The position numbers and the translations under genes were made by a program. Below the pieces are notes generated by a model, which saw only the letters and a program-made list of their open reading frames with translations, was not told where the DNA came from and searched no databases. A DNA stretch of 64,000 nucleotides, taken from Candidatus Saccharimonadota bacterium. GTDB lineage: Bacteria; Patescibacteriota; Saccharimonadia; Saccharimonadales; UBA4665. The DNA is taken from contig JAQGGT010000006.1 of the NCBI GenBank assembly GCA_028289245.1, positions 144,948 to 208,947 of the forward strand, given 5' to 3'. This document shows, piece by piece, positions 49,298-59,506 of the stretch (positions are counted from its first letter, which is position 1; the number at the start of each line of letters is the position of its first letter).

Positions 49298-51091
49298 ATG
49301 GACCAGTCTAAAATCAGGAATTTTTGTATTATTGCCCACATCGACCATGGCAAGTCGACGTTGGCCGACCGGCTGTTGGAGATCACGGGTACCGTCCAAA
49401 AGCGCGATATGAAGGCTCAACTGCTCGACCGGATGGACTTAGAGCGCGAAAAAGGCATCACCATCAAACTGGCTCCGGTACGCATGGAGTATCAGGGTTA
49501 CGAGCTCAACCTAATCGACACGCCGGGCCATGTCGACTTTAGCTACGAAGTTTCGCGCAGTTTGCAGGCCTGCGAGGGTGCGCTGTTAGTGGTTGACGCT
49601 AGCCAGGGCATCCAAGCGCAGACCCTGGCTAATGTCTACCTGGCGATGGCCGCCGATTTAACGATAATCCCCATTCTCAATAAGATCGATTTGCCGGCGG
49701 CTGACGTGGAGCGCGTTGGTGCCGAAATTGTCAGCTTGCTGGGCTGTAAGTTCGAGGACATTTTACAGATCTCGGCCAAGACGGGCATGGGCATTGAGGC
49801 GGTGTTGGAGCGGGTGGTCACCGATATTCCGGCACCAGACACTTCGGAGCGGGCTTCGGTAGTCGAAAAAGAGACTCGGGCGTTAATTTTCGATAGCTAT
49901 TATGATGATTACCGCGGGGTTATCCTCTACGTCCGGGTCTTTAATGGCGAGATCAGCAAGGGGTCTCAGATTAAGATGCTCAATACCGGCGCGCCCGGCA
50001 TTGCGCTAGAAGTCGGGGCGCTCAAGCCGGACATGACACCGGGTACCAAGCTGCAGACTGGCGAGATTGGCTATATCGTCACCAACCTCAAGAGCACTCG
50101 CGAGGCTAAAGTAGGAGATACGGTGACCCTCGTGGCCCACCCGGCGGTGAACCCGCTGCCCGGCTACCGCAACGTCCAGCCCTTTGTCTACGCCGGCTTC
50201 TTCCCGGAGTCGAACGAGTTCTACAATGAGCTCAAAGAGGCCATCGAAAAGCTCAGCTTGAGCGACTCGGCCCTACAATTTGCGCCGGAAAACTCGCCGG
50301 TGCTCGGTTTCGGCGTCCGGATTGGCTTCCTGGGTTTGCTGCACATGGATATTATTCGTGAGCGCCTGGAGCGGGAATACAACCTCGATCTCGTCGTTAC
50401 TAACCCCTCTACCGATTACCAAGTTAGCCTTACGAGCGGTAGCGATGTTGATATTAAGTCGGCGGCTGATTTGCCGGATCCTGCCAAAATTGTGGAGATT
50501 CGCGAGCCGTGGATTAAGGGAGAGATTGTCGTGCCGCAAGAGTATGTCGGGCCGGTGATCCAGTTGATTTCGCAAAAACGCGGTTTGCAGACCAACCTGA
50601 GCTACATGGAACAACGAGCGTTGGTCAGCTTTGAGGCGCCGCTGGCCAACTTGCTAACCGATTTTTATGACCAACTCAAAAGCATCACCAGCGGCTACGG
50701 CTCGTTTAACTACGAGCTCGATAACTACCGCGCTGAAGACCTCGTAAAAGTGGATTTCTATGTCGCCGGCGAACGGGTGGATGCCTTATCGGTAATGGTG
50801 CACCGCAGCGAGTCAGATCGGCTGGGCCGTGATATTGTTGCCAAGCTCAAAGAAGTCATTCCGCGCCAGAACTTCCAGATCGCGCTGCAAGCTGCCATCG
50901 GCGGCCGCTTTATCGCCCGCGAAGATATTTCCGCTTATAGAAAAGACGTCACTACCGGGTTGTACGGTGGCGACGTCTCTCGTAAGAAAAAGGTGCTCGC
51001 TAAGCAGAAGAAGGGTAAGGAGCGGTTGAAGCGCTTCGGCAAAGTCGATATTCCTTCCGAAGCCTTCACCGTCCTCCTCAAGCGCGACTAG
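49298..51091 (+). CDS. lepA: elongation factor 4
   Basis: IRNFCIIAHIDHGKSTLADRL, GFLGLLH, YGGDVSRKKK. Confidence 0.98.
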   Translation: MDQSKIRNFCIIAHIDHGKSTLADRLLEITGTVQKRDMKAQLLDRMDLEREKGITIKLAPVRMEYQGYELNLIDTPGHVDFSYEVSRSLQACEGALLVVDASQGIQAQTLANVYLAMAADLTIIPILNKIDLPAADVERVGAEIVSLLGCKFEDILQISAKTGMGIEAVLERVVTDIPAPDTSERASVVEKETRALIFDSYYDDYRGVILYVRVFNGEISKGSQIKMLNTGAPGIALEVGALKPDMTPGTKLQTGEIGYIVTNLKSTREAKVGDTVTLVAHPAVNPLPGYRNVQPFVYAGFFPESNEFYNELKEAIEKLSLSDSALQFAPENSPVLGFGVRIGFLGLLHMDIIRERLEREYNLDLVVTNPSTDYQVSLTSGSDVDIKSAADLPDPAKIVEIREPWIKGEIVVPQEYVGPVIQLISQKRGLQTNLSYMEQRALVSFEAPLANLLTDFYDQLKSITSGYGSFNYELDNYRAEDLVKVDFYVAGERVDALSVMVHRSESDRLGRDIVAKLKEVIPRQNFQIALQAAIGGRFIAREDISAYRKDVTTGLYGGDVSRKKKVLAKQKKGKERLKRFGKVDIPSEAFTVLLKRD

Positions 51092-51131
51092 TCAGTAATA
51101 AGCAAAACCGGTATAGTATACGTAGAACAAC

Positions 51132-51749
51132 ATGAAAAATAAACAGTACGAACTCGAGAAAATCGGTCAAACCGTTCTGCCATCGTGGCTGGAACTAGTG
51201 TTGATTGGCCTCATCACCGTGGCGGCGGGCTTATACGCCTTTATCTCAAAGCTGGTCGATAGTAATAACGATGTACAAGGTGGTGTCAGTTTACTGGGCA
51301 GCACGACGACGTCGACGGTGCAGAGTATCACCGACAAATTAGCCCAGAACAATTTTATTAGTAACTTACCGCTGATTTTATTCTGGGCGGCGATTGGTTT
51401 TGTAGTCTATAGCTCGGCGGTGCGCATCTACACCACTTTCTCCAACGCCGAAGAACTGCGCGAAGAAATGGACTACGTTAATAGTAGCCGCCAGTCGCTT
51501 ATCAAGGACGCTGTGCTACGAGTAATTCTCCGCCTAACGGCGGTGGTCATCTGGGCCTTTTACGTCAAACTGTTTTTTGCGGTTATCGCACCCTATGCGC
51601 TAACGTGTTTACAAATTACCCTCAATACTTCGGATATTACCGAACGGCTCGCGTACGGCGTACTCGGCTTTGCCGTCATGATGGTCGGTTTGCATTTCCA
51701 CATCGTACTGGTGCGCCTGATTAGCTTACGCAGCCGCATGCTTGGCTAG
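51132..51749 (+). CDS. hypothetical membrane protein
   Basis: Four hydrophobic segments. Confidence 0.65.
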   Translation: MKNKQYELEKIGQTVLPSWLELVLIGLITVAAGLYAFISKLVDSNNDVQGGVSLLGSTTTSTVQSITDKLAQNNFISNLPLILFWAAIGFVVYSSAVRIYTTFSNAEELREEMDYVNSSRQSLIKDAVLRVILRLTAVVIWAFYVKLFFAVIAPYALTCLQITLNTSDITERLAYGVLGFAVMMVGLHFHIVLVRLISLRSRMLG

Positions 51750-52234
51750 GCGGTTTTTGGGCTGCTTTTAGCCTGCAGTTTTTGGAGCATACTTATCACT
51801 TCTTCAGTATGAACTTTAGGGTCAACATTGGTAAACTCGTGAGCAATATGGCCGGCAGGATCGATCAAAAAGGTGTTGCGGCGAGTGCCAAACGGCCGGT
51901 CAAAAATGGTCGTTTCCCCCTTGCGCCAGGCACCGTATAGCGAGGTAATTTTGTGGCCAACATCGCTCAGTATCGGGAAGGGCAGATCGTAACGCTTGGT
52001 AAATTTGCGGTGGCTTTCGATGCTGCCGCGATTGACGCCGATAATTTCGGCATTACCAAACTGGGCGATTGCTCGGTATTCGTCGCGGAAGCTGCAACTC
52101 TCGCGAATGCAGTTTACCGACCGGTCGTAGGGGTAGAAAAACAGCACCACCCAACGGCCTCGATAATCTTTGAGGCTACGTGGCTTTCCATCTTGATCGG
52201 GCAACTCGAAATCTGGTGCAGACCGGCGTTTCAT
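51746..52234 (-). CDS. bcp: peroxiredoxin, Bcp/PrxQ type
   Basis: APDFEL, FFYP....NCIRESCSFRD, RNTFLID. Confidence 0.88.
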   Translation of the reverse strand: MKRRSAPDFELPDQDGKPRSLKDYRGRWVVLFFYPYDRSVNCIRESCSFRDEYRAIAQFGNAEIIGVNRGSIESHRKFTKRYDLPFPILSDVGHKITSLYGAWRKGETTIFDRPFGTRRNTFLIDPAGHIAHEFTNVDPKVHTEEVISMLQKLQAKSSPKTA

Positions 52235-52322
52235 GCAGGCAGCATAGCACGTTGACCTGTGAGAAAACTAACCGTGCTGACCAGCGAAGCGGCTCATACT
52301 AGCAATACGTAAAAGAGGAGAA

Positions 52323-53489
52323 TTGATTTTGAAACAGCCAATGAACCTTAGCAAACAAGCCATTACTGAACTCACCGGCCGTGACCCCCAGGGCATGGCC
52401 GTTACTATATATATCCCGACCCATTTCGAGTCAACGCCGGCGGCAATGACCGAAAACCAGATCCGCTCTAAGAACCTTATCGGCGCCGCCCTAGACATGC
52501 TGCAAGACATGGGAGAGGGCCAGGGCGCGCAGCAGTTACTCCGTCAGCAAATGGATGGCATGGCCGACCTGAGCTTTTGGAAATCGAGTGCTCGCGGCCT
52601 GCTCATTTGTGCCGACAACGCCAACTTAGAGGTCTTTCATTTACCCGTCGATACCGAAGAGTACGTTGCCGTTACCGATAGTTACCACCTAGCACCGATC
52701 TTTGGCATACTCCAGGATGCGCAAGAATATTACGTATTGTCGCTGGCTCAACACAATCCCATGCTCTGGAAGGGTAGTATGTACGGTATTGCCCCGGCCA
52801 AAATTAGCTTGCCAGCGTCCATCGAGGCCGGCCTCAATCTCGACGAAACTAATCAGAAAAGTGAGCAGCAACGTTCGGCTGGCGGCACCAATAACTTTAA
52901 CGGTCGTGGCGGAGCAAAGAGTCCGGTCGAAGACGATCGGGTTCAGTTCTGGCGCATGATCGATCACTTACTCTGCCAAAAGGCCGACACCTTGCTGCCG
53001 CTCATTTTAGCCGGCACCGAGAAGGACTTGTCGGAATTTCGAGCCCACAGTAAGTACCCCAAGATCCTAAAGTCGATGGCGCATGGTAACTTCACGAGCA
53101 GCACCAGCCAGGAATTATTTACGCATGCCACCCAGATTATTACTAGTGAGCTCACCGACGCTATGCACGACCGCGCCGCGTTGGCTTATGAGTCGCTAGA
53201 AGGTGCCCAACCACAACTGGCCGCCCGCTACATCGAAGATATCCAAACTGCCGCCGAAACCGGTCGCGTCGACAGCCTTCTGATCCGAATGACCCGTCGC
53301 ACGGCCGATACGGTCCGCGACAGCGCCGAACAAGTTACCATGCTCAGCTTCGAAGCTAGCCAAAAGCTCAATCAAGCCCTGCAACGCGCCGCCCTGGCAG
53401 TTTGGAAAACGGGTGGCCAGATCATCAATATCGATGAGGCCCGTATGCCCCGCCATGACACACTGGCCGTGGCTACGTTACGCTATTGA
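52323..53489 (+). CDS. bacterial aeRF1-like protein (baeRF3/7 family)
   Basis: VTIYIPTH, YYVLSL, PLILAG, AAETGRVDSL, ATLRY; start may be 52329 or 52341. Confidence 0.75.
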   Translation: MILKQPMNLSKQAITELTGRDPQGMAVTIYIPTHFESTPAAMTENQIRSKNLIGAALDMLQDMGEGQGAQQLLRQQMDGMADLSFWKSSARGLLICADNANLEVFHLPVDTEEYVAVTDSYHLAPIFGILQDAQEYYVLSLAQHNPMLWKGSMYGIAPAKISLPASIEAGLNLDETNQKSEQQRSAGGTNNFNGRGGAKSPVEDDRVQFWRMIDHLLCQKADTLLPLILAGTEKDLSEFRAHSKYPKILKSMAHGNFTSSTSQELFTHATQIITSELTDAMHDRAALAYESLEGAQPQLAARYIEDIQTAAETGRVDSLLIRMTRRTADTVRDSAEQVTMLSFEASQKLNQALQRAALAVWKTGGQIINIDEARMPRHDTLAVATLRY

Positions 53490-53521
53490 TGTGACCTCTG
53501 TAACGTCTGCTATACTGGGAT

Positions 53522-54265
53522 ATGACTTCGACTAATCACCTTGACCACATTGATGCCTTCGATACTGCTCTTCAAAACTACCAGCTCGCACCAAGCGCGC
53601 TGCACACACTGTCGCAGACCGAATTAGTCATACTTGTTGCGCCGACTTCCTGCGGTCGGAGCACCCTGATTCGACATTTGCTGCGTACTGGTGACTACTA
53701 CTTCATTATCTCCGACACTACGCGCCAACCACGCAGTAATGACGGCGTGATGGAGCAAGACGGCGTCGAATATTGGTTCCGAAACGAATCTGACATGCTG
53801 GCCGACATCCAGGCCGGTAAGTTTCTTGAGGCGGCGGTTATTCACAAGCAGCAAGTTTCTGGCATCAGCATGCGCGAGTTAGCTAAAGCTACCGAGGCCG
53901 GCAAAATTGCCCTGACCGATGCAGAGATTGCCGGTGCCGATAATGTCCACCGCCTCAAACCCGACACCATACTGCTGTTTGTATTGCCACCCAGTTTCGA
54001 GGAATGGCAACGCCGCATCAACCATCGCGGCGTCATGGAAGCCGGCGAGTATAAGCGCCGTATGGAGAGCGCTGCTGCCGAGTTTGCCCACGCCCTGCAG
54101 CGCGACTACTACCGCTTCGTTATTAACGACACCGTTGAGAATGCCGCCGAGCAGGTCACGCGTATCACCAAGCTCGACGAAACGAACGCCGACTATCAGG
54201 AAAATGCTCGTGGCCTTGCCGAGCAACTCCTCGACAGTACCCGCTTGCTTCTCGAATCGCTTTAG
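53522..54265 (+). CDS. gmk: guanylate kinase
   Basis: APTSCGRST degenerate P-loop, SDTTRQPR..EQDGVEYWF, FLE, LPPS. Confidence 0.85.
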   Translation: MTSTNHLDHIDAFDTALQNYQLAPSALHTLSQTELVILVAPTSCGRSTLIRHLLRTGDYYFIISDTTRQPRSNDGVMEQDGVEYWFRNESDMLADIQAGKFLEAAVIHKQQVSGISMRELAKATEAGKIALTDAEIAGADNVHRLKPDTILLFVLPPSFEEWQRRINHRGVMEAGEYKRRMESAAAEFAHALQRDYYRFVINDTVENAAEQVTRITKLDETNADYQENARGLAEQLLDSTRLLLESL

Positions 54266-54292
54266 CTGGCACTCTTGACGGGAGAGTGCTAA
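54266..54292 (+). promoter_or_regulatory. CIRCE operator of hrcA
   Basis: CTGGCACTC-TTGACGGGA-GAGTGCTAA. Confidence 0.92.
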
Positions 54293-54315
54293 AAGCGCTA
54301 TAATATGGCCTAATC

Positions 54316-55026
54316 ATGACCAACCGTCAGCAACAAATTTTAAGTGCCATCGTTGAGCAATACGCTGAAGTCGCCAGTCCGGTCGGCTCTAGCCTGCTAG
54401 CTAAGCTGTTTAACGTTTCGTCGGCCACGGTGCGGGCCGATATGGTCGAGCTGGAGCGGCAAGGCTTTATTTCTCAGCCTCACACCAGCGCCGGCCGTGT
54501 ACCAACCGATAAAGGCTACCGCTACTACGTCAACAACATGCAGGCTATTGAGGCTACCGTGCCGGCGCGCCGAGCCGAAAAGGCCCTAGCTTCCCGCGTC
54601 CAGCAAGCCGGCGCCCCAGAGCGGATGATCCGCAACGCCGTCGAAACACTGGTTGAGCTGACGCACAACCTTGGCATGGCTACCATCGGCAACCAGCTAT
54701 ACATGAGCGGCCTGAGCAATCTATTTGGACAGCCGGAATTTATTAACGGCGGCCAAGTACGCCAGGTGGCCCAGCTACTGGACAACTTAGAGCCCTGGCT
54801 CCGTGAGGCTGCACCAAATGAACCTCTCAGTGTCTACATTGGCCAAGAGAATCCTATCGGCCGCAGCGCCGGCTGTACGCTGGTGATCTGCCGGTTCCGC
54901 AGTCCGTTCTCGGACCGCAGCTACATCGGCACACTTGGCCCCACCCGCCAAAGCTACCGCGAAGTGATGTCACTAGTGTCGCGGGCCGGTGAAGAGCTCG
55001 AAGAAATGCTATACGCCGAACGCTAG
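54316..55026 (+). CDS. hrcA: heat-inducible repressor HrcA (short form)
   Basis: RQQQIL.AIVE.Y...PVGS, SSATVR, PHTSAGRVPTDKGYRYYV, GPTR. Confidence 0.95.
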   Translation: MTNRQQQILSAIVEQYAEVASPVGSSLLAKLFNVSSATVRADMVELERQGFISQPHTSAGRVPTDKGYRYYVNNMQAIEATVPARRAEKALASRVQQAGAPERMIRNAVETLVELTHNLGMATIGNQLYMSGLSNLFGQPEFINGGQVRQVAQLLDNLEPWLREAAPNEPLSVYIGQENPIGRSAGCTLVICRFRSPFSDRSYIGTLGPTRQSYREVMSLVSRAGEELEEMLYAER

Positions 55027-55147
55027 ACCAAAACAGAGTAGTAGCGGCATTCCTTAAAATTCGCTGAAATTAAATTGACATAAGCATTTCACTGCTGTAC
55101 AACTTGAGGTAGTTATTCAAAACAAAAATAAAACAGGACTCCTGACC

Positions 55148-56023
55148 ATGAAAAAACCATTCCCCTTACGCCAACAAGGCTTTACCCATGTTATTGCCCT
55201 GGTGATTATCGTACTGGTTGCCGCTATTGGTGGCACCTACTATCTGGTGGCCAGCCACGCCGACGCTCCCCGCTATGTTAAATATTCGTGGTCTAGCTGT
55301 GTCTATGATACTGCGTCGTCACCTGCGAAACATCTATCGCCTAGTCAATGGGCAGCTGTAGGCAACCCAAGTCCAGTGACAGTAGCGCATATCACAGGTG
55401 ACTATGTGCTCCATTATGCTACCAATCCAAGCGCACTCTATCTCGTACAACCAGATGCCAGCTGCGGTAACCACTATCTGACCCTCTCGGAATGGCAGGC
55501 CATGGGTAGCCCGGCGGCAGTCAGTAACCCAGCACGCTTCTACAAATCAGCATCAAACCCCACCATTTACAGCGGGGGTGTAGCCATAAGTTACCCGCAA
55601 TGGACACTGTGGGGGTCACCAAGTCCGGTAATCAGCGCTAACCCGCAGCAGGATTCAATCACGCCCGCGGTGACGCACTGGACCACAATACCAACCATAT
55701 ACGCTAAAAGTTCTTACACCCCCTCAATAAGCGCCTGCTATCTAACAAAAACAACCACGACAGCAACGGTCAAGATTCGAGCAATCCGGCCTAACTCTAG
55801 CGTAGTTTCGCAGGCGGTCGTATGGAGCGCATACCAGCAGTTTGATAAGCTTGCTGGCTCTAAAGATGGTGCAACCTGGACTAACAATGTGAATATTGTA
55901 CAAGCAACCATCCCACTTACCGATTACCTTGGGCTGAGCTACCAAACAAATAGTGCTGGGTACGCATACACCGAAGTAAATAATCCCCCTCGCGTTAATA
56001 GTCTTAGTCTTGAGCAGTGCTAA
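55148..56023 (+). CDS. pilin-like surface protein with class III-like signal
   Basis: RQQG|FTHVIALVIIVLV; repeated ..QW..G.P segments. Confidence 0.7.
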   Translation: MKKPFPLRQQGFTHVIALVIIVLVAAIGGTYYLVASHADAPRYVKYSWSSCVYDTASSPAKHLSPSQWAAVGNPSPVTVAHITGDYVLHYATNPSALYLVQPDASCGNHYLTLSEWQAMGSPAAVSNPARFYKSASNPTIYSGGVAISYPQWTLWGSPSPVISANPQQDSITPAVTHWTTIPTIYAKSSYTPSISACYLTKTTTTATVKIRAIRPNSSVVSQAVVWSAYQQFDKLAGSKDGATWTNNVNIVQATIPLTDYLGLSYQTNSAGYAYTEVNNPPRVNSLSLEQC

Positions 56024-56070
56024 CTGTCGTCACATACTGAGTAACTGGGCTAAAGGATAATTACGGCAAT

Positions 56071-56097
56071 CTAGCACTCTTGATACAGGAGTGCTAG
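56071..56097 (+). promoter_or_regulatory. CIRCE operator of grpE
   Basis: CTAGCACTC-TTGATACAG-GAGTGCTAG. Confidence 0.92.
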
Positions 56098-56116
56098 ATT
56101 GCTATAATGAAGAATT

Positions 56117-56599
56117 ATGACGAAAAAAACCGATGATATCGCTGCCGAGCCACAAGAGCCCAACCAGCTCGAGCAAAAGCTTAACGAGTTAACTGATGCG
56201 CTGCAGCGCGAGCGGGCCGACGCCATGAACCTCCGCCGCCGCCACGACGAAGAAATGGCCAGTCTGCGCGGTCGCGTCAAAACCAGTGTGGTGGCCGACT
56301 TATTACCGGTCATCGATAACTTCGAGCGCGCCCTTAAGCATGTGCCCGACGACATCAAAGATCACGACTATATTAAGGGAGTGCAAGGTGTCGTTAAGCA
56401 ATTTGAGAAAACACTTGCCGATATGGGCGTGGAGCGTATCAAGACCACCGGCGAGCCCTTCGACCCTAAGTATCACGAAGCCGTCAGTATGGAAGAAGGT
56501 GAGGGCAGTCAAGAAATTGTCTCCGAAGAGCTTCAGGCCGGCTATAAACTCGGCGAAGACGTCATCCGTCACGCCATGGTGCGCGTCACCACCAAATAA
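56117..56599 (+). CDS. grpE: nucleotide exchange factor GrpE
   Basis: LLPVIDNFERA, FDPKYHEAV, GYKL...IRHAMV. Confidence 0.97.
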   Translation: MTKKTDDIAAEPQEPNQLEQKLNELTDALQRERADAMNLRRRHDEEMASLRGRVKTSVVADLLPVIDNFERALKHVPDDIKDHDYIKGVQGVVKQFEKTLADMGVERIKTTGEPFDPKYHEAVSMEEGEGSQEIVSEELQAGYKLGEDVIRHAMVRVTTK

Positions 56600-56608
56600 T
56601 CCCTGACT

Positions 56609-56905
56609 ATGAATCCCGAAGACTTCACTCCATATGATAATGAGTTAAGCATCGACTATCAGCCGGAAGGCGCCCCGCTCAACCGCCTCCAAGCCTTTGT
56701 CCTACGCCACGAGACCGTCATTATGCGGGCGCTGCACGCCTTTGCGCAGTGCCCACCGTATATGCTGCCTCCGCCGGCCCCAAAAACCATAGCCCGGCCA
56801 CAGGTTTATCAGCCGCTCGATGAGGCTGAAGCCGGTGTTTTTGCGGCAACTTTGGTGAGTGACCGGGCCATCGCCCGCGCCTGCCGTAAAGAGATCGGTT
56901 GCTAG
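56609..56905 (+). CDS. hypothetical protein
   Basis: 98-aa ORF between grpE and the dnaK promoter. Confidence 0.5.
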   Translation: MNPEDFTPYDNELSIDYQPEGAPLNRLQAFVLRHETVIMRALHAFAQCPPYMLPPPAPKTIARPQVYQPLDEAEAGVFAATLVSDRAIARACRKEIGC

Positions 56906-56926
56906 GCGTTGCTCTAAATACAACAA

Positions 56927-56953
56927 TTAGCAGTCTTGACATCCGAGTGCTAA
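56927..56953 (+). promoter_or_regulatory. CIRCE operator of dnaK
   Basis: TTAGCAGTC-TTGACATCC-GAGTGCTAA. Confidence 0.92.
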
Positions 56954-57010
56954 TTTTTTACCATAGTAGTACCCTATACTGACAATTTATGAACGAAAGG
57001 ACACTTTCTT

Positions 57011-58921
57011 ATGGCAAAAATTATTGGAATCGACCTCGGTACTACCAACTCGGCAATGGCCGTCATGCAATCTGGTAAGCCGGAAATTATCGCTAACAGC
57101 GAAGGCAATCGCACCACACCATCTGTCGTGGCAGTCAACAAGAACGGCGAGAGACTAGTAGGCCAGGTGGCCCGCCGCCAGCAAGTTACCAACAGCAAGA
57201 ACACCATCTACGAAGTAAAGCGTCTGATTGGCCGTAACTTCAAGGACGAAGAAGTCCAGCGCGACCTCAAGCTGATGGGCTATGAAATTATCAAGAACGG
57301 CAATAGCGTTAAGGTTAAGATGGGCGACAAAGAGTATAGCCCGGAGGAAGTCAGCGCCATGATCCTCGGCAAGCTCAAGAGCGATGCCGAAGCGTTCCTC
57401 GGTGACAAAGTTACCGAAGCGGTCATCACCGTCCCGGCTTACTTCGACGATTCGCAGCGCCAAGCCACCAAAGACGCTGGTAAAATCGCCGGCCTCGAGG
57501 TAAAGCGCATTATTAACGAGCCAACAGCCGCCGCATTGGCCTACGGTCTCGATAAAGCCGAGAAGTCCGACGAAAAAATCGCCGTTTACGACCTTGGTGG
57601 CGGTACCTTCGATGTTTCTATCCTAGAGCTCGGCGACGGTGTCTTTGAAGTCAAATCGACCAATGGTGATACTCACCTCGGTGGCGCCGACTTCGACCGC
57701 GTCATCATCAACTACTTTGCCGACGAGTTTAAAAAAGAGCACGGCATCGACATTCGTGATGACAAAGCCGCCATGCAGCGCCTGCGCGACGAAGCCGAAA
57801 AGGCCAAGATCGAGCTCTCCAGCGCCCAAGAAGTTGACGTCAACTTACCGTTCCTGACGGCCGACGCCGACGGCCCTAAGCACTTTGAGCACAAACTGAC
57901 CCGAGCCAAGCTTGAGCAGCTGGTCGGCGACCTGATCAGCAAGACCGCTGGCCCCTGCGAAAAGGCCCTTAAAGACGCCGGCCTGAAAGCCAGCGACATC
58001 GACGCTATCGTGCTCGTCGGTGGTATGACCCGCATGCCCGCCGTCGTCGAAAAGGTCAAGAGCATCTTCGGTAAAGACCCGATGAAGGGCGTGAACCCAG
58101 ACGAAGTTGTCGCCGTCGGCGCAGCTATCCAGGGCGGTGTGCTGCAGGGCGACGTCAAAGACGTCTTGCTCCTCGACGTCACCCCGCTGAGCCTCGGTAT
58201 CGAGACCATGGGCGGTGTCATGACCAAGCTCATCGAGCGCAACACTACTATCCCTACTAGCAAGTCCGAAGTCTTCTCGACTGCCGCCGACAACCAGCCA
58301 CAGGTAGAAATCCACGTTGGCCAGGGCGAGCGCGAAATGATCGACGGCAACAAGAGCCTCGGTCGCTTCATCCTCGACGGCATCCCTAGCGCACCGCGCG
58401 GTGTGCCGCAAATTGAAGTCACCTTCAACATCGACGCCAACGGTATCCTGAACGTTACGGCCAAAGACAAGGGCTCCGGAAAAGAGCAGAGCATTACCAT
58501 CAGCGGCTCGGGCAACCTGAACAAAGACGACGTCGAAAAGATGGCCAAAGAAGCCGAAGCGCACGCCGACGAAGACAAGGCCCGCAAAGATGCCGTCGAA
58601 GCCCGCAACCTGCTCGACAGCACCATTTACCAGGCCGAAAAAATGGCCAAAGACAACAAAGACCAGATTGGCGAGGAAGACATGAAGACCCTCAACGAAG
58701 CCGTCGAAGAAGCCAAGAAAGTTGTTGCCAAAGAAGATGCCAGTAAGGACGAACTTGAAAAAGCCGCTTCTGACCTCAACGACAAACTGATGCCAATCGG
58801 CGCCAAAATGTACGAGAACGACCAAGGCACCGACACCAGCGAATCCGACGCCGACGAGCAGGCCAAAGAAAACGACGAAGCCATCGAAGGTGAAGTCGTC
58901 GACGACAAAGACAAGAAATAA
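57011..58921 (+). CDS. dnaK: chaperone DnaK
   Basis: [26 protein letters not shown]. Confidence 0.99.
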   Translation: MAKIIGIDLGTTNSAMAVMQSGKPEIIANSEGNRTTPSVVAVNKNGERLVGQVARRQQVTNSKNTIYEVKRLIGRNFKDEEVQRDLKLMGYEIIKNGNSVKVKMGDKEYSPEEVSAMILGKLKSDAEAFLGDKVTEAVITVPAYFDDSQRQATKDAGKIAGLEVKRIINEPTAAALAYGLDKAEKSDEKIAVYDLGGGTFDVSILELGDGVFEVKSTNGDTHLGGADFDRVIINYFADEFKKEHGIDIRDDKAAMQRLRDEAEKAKIELSSAQEVDVNLPFLTADADGPKHFEHKLTRAKLEQLVGDLISKTAGPCEKALKDAGLKASDIDAIVLVGGMTRMPAVVEKVKSIFGKDPMKGVNPDEVVAVGAAIQGGVLQGDVKDVLLLDVTPLSLGIETMGGVMTKLIERNTTIPTSKSEVFSTAADNQPQVEIHVGQGEREMIDGNKSLGRFILDGIPSAPRGVPQIEVTFNIDANGILNVTAKDKGSGKEQSITISGSGNLNKDDVEKMAKEAEAHADEDKARKDAVEARNLLDSTIYQAEKMAKDNKDQIGEEDMKTLNEAVEEAKKVVAKEDASKDELEKAASDLNDKLMPIGAKMYENDQGTDTSESDADEQAKENDEAIEGEVVDDKDKK

Positions 58922-58952
58922 GTATAGCTCGCAGGGAGTGAAGTCTAATTTG

Positions 58953-59240
58953 ATGAAGAAATTCACTCGAATATTTCATCCAAGCAAATCTTGGCGCGTC
59001 GACCTGGCCTTCTTACTTGTGAGTTCTATAATAATTTTGTCGGTGGCCACCGGTATGTTGCTCGATAATGAGCAGACCGGTGGCCCGGACATCTCCTTTG
59101 ATGGCGTATGGGACGGGGCAGTACTGGTAGTCATGATGACTATAAACGTCATCATGACAAGTATCATTGTCGCTACTGCAATAGTATCGGCCGGGCGGTT
59201 AGCCACTCGTTTACGGAGAGCTGGTAGAATAGAACGATGA
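58953..59240 (+). CDS. hypothetical 2-TM protein
   Basis: Two hydrophobic segments. Confidence 0.5.
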   Translation: MKKFTRIFHPSKSWRVDLAFLLVSSIIILSVATGMLLDNEQTGGPDISFDGVWDGAVLVVMMTINVIMTSIIVATAIVSAGRLATRLRRAGRIER

Positions 59241-59506
59241 GCAAGCCCTATCAACAAGTCAGAAGTGATTTCGAAGTTCGCCGGTCGCTGGCGCGCGATG
59301 ATCCGAACATGCAGTTGGTTGCCGGGTTTTTGGGCCTTAACCTTTGCTGGGGCTTTGAGCCTTTAGAGGAATCATGGCAGCAAGCTGCGGGTGCACTCGA
59401 AGCCCTCGCTGACCGATATGTGCTGAACCCGGATGAAATCATCGTCATTCTTAATGAAATAGAAGATGAATTAGCCGTCGAAGAGGAGATAGTCCATGGC
59501 CGATAA
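59237..59506 (+). CDS. hypothetical protein
   Basis: 89-aa ORF overlapping the dnaJ start; TAGAAT 7 nt upstream. Confidence 0.55.
   Translation: MSKPYQQVRSDFEVRRSLARDDPNMQLVAGFLGLNLCWGFEPLEESWQQAAGALEALADRYVLNPDEIIVILNEIEDELAVEEEIVHGR

Noticed and set aside
57712..58966. Long antisense ORFs over dnaK, and similar ones over dnaJ, nadE, pncB and ftsH
   Set aside because: Shadow ORFs caused by codon bias on the opposite strand of well-supported genes
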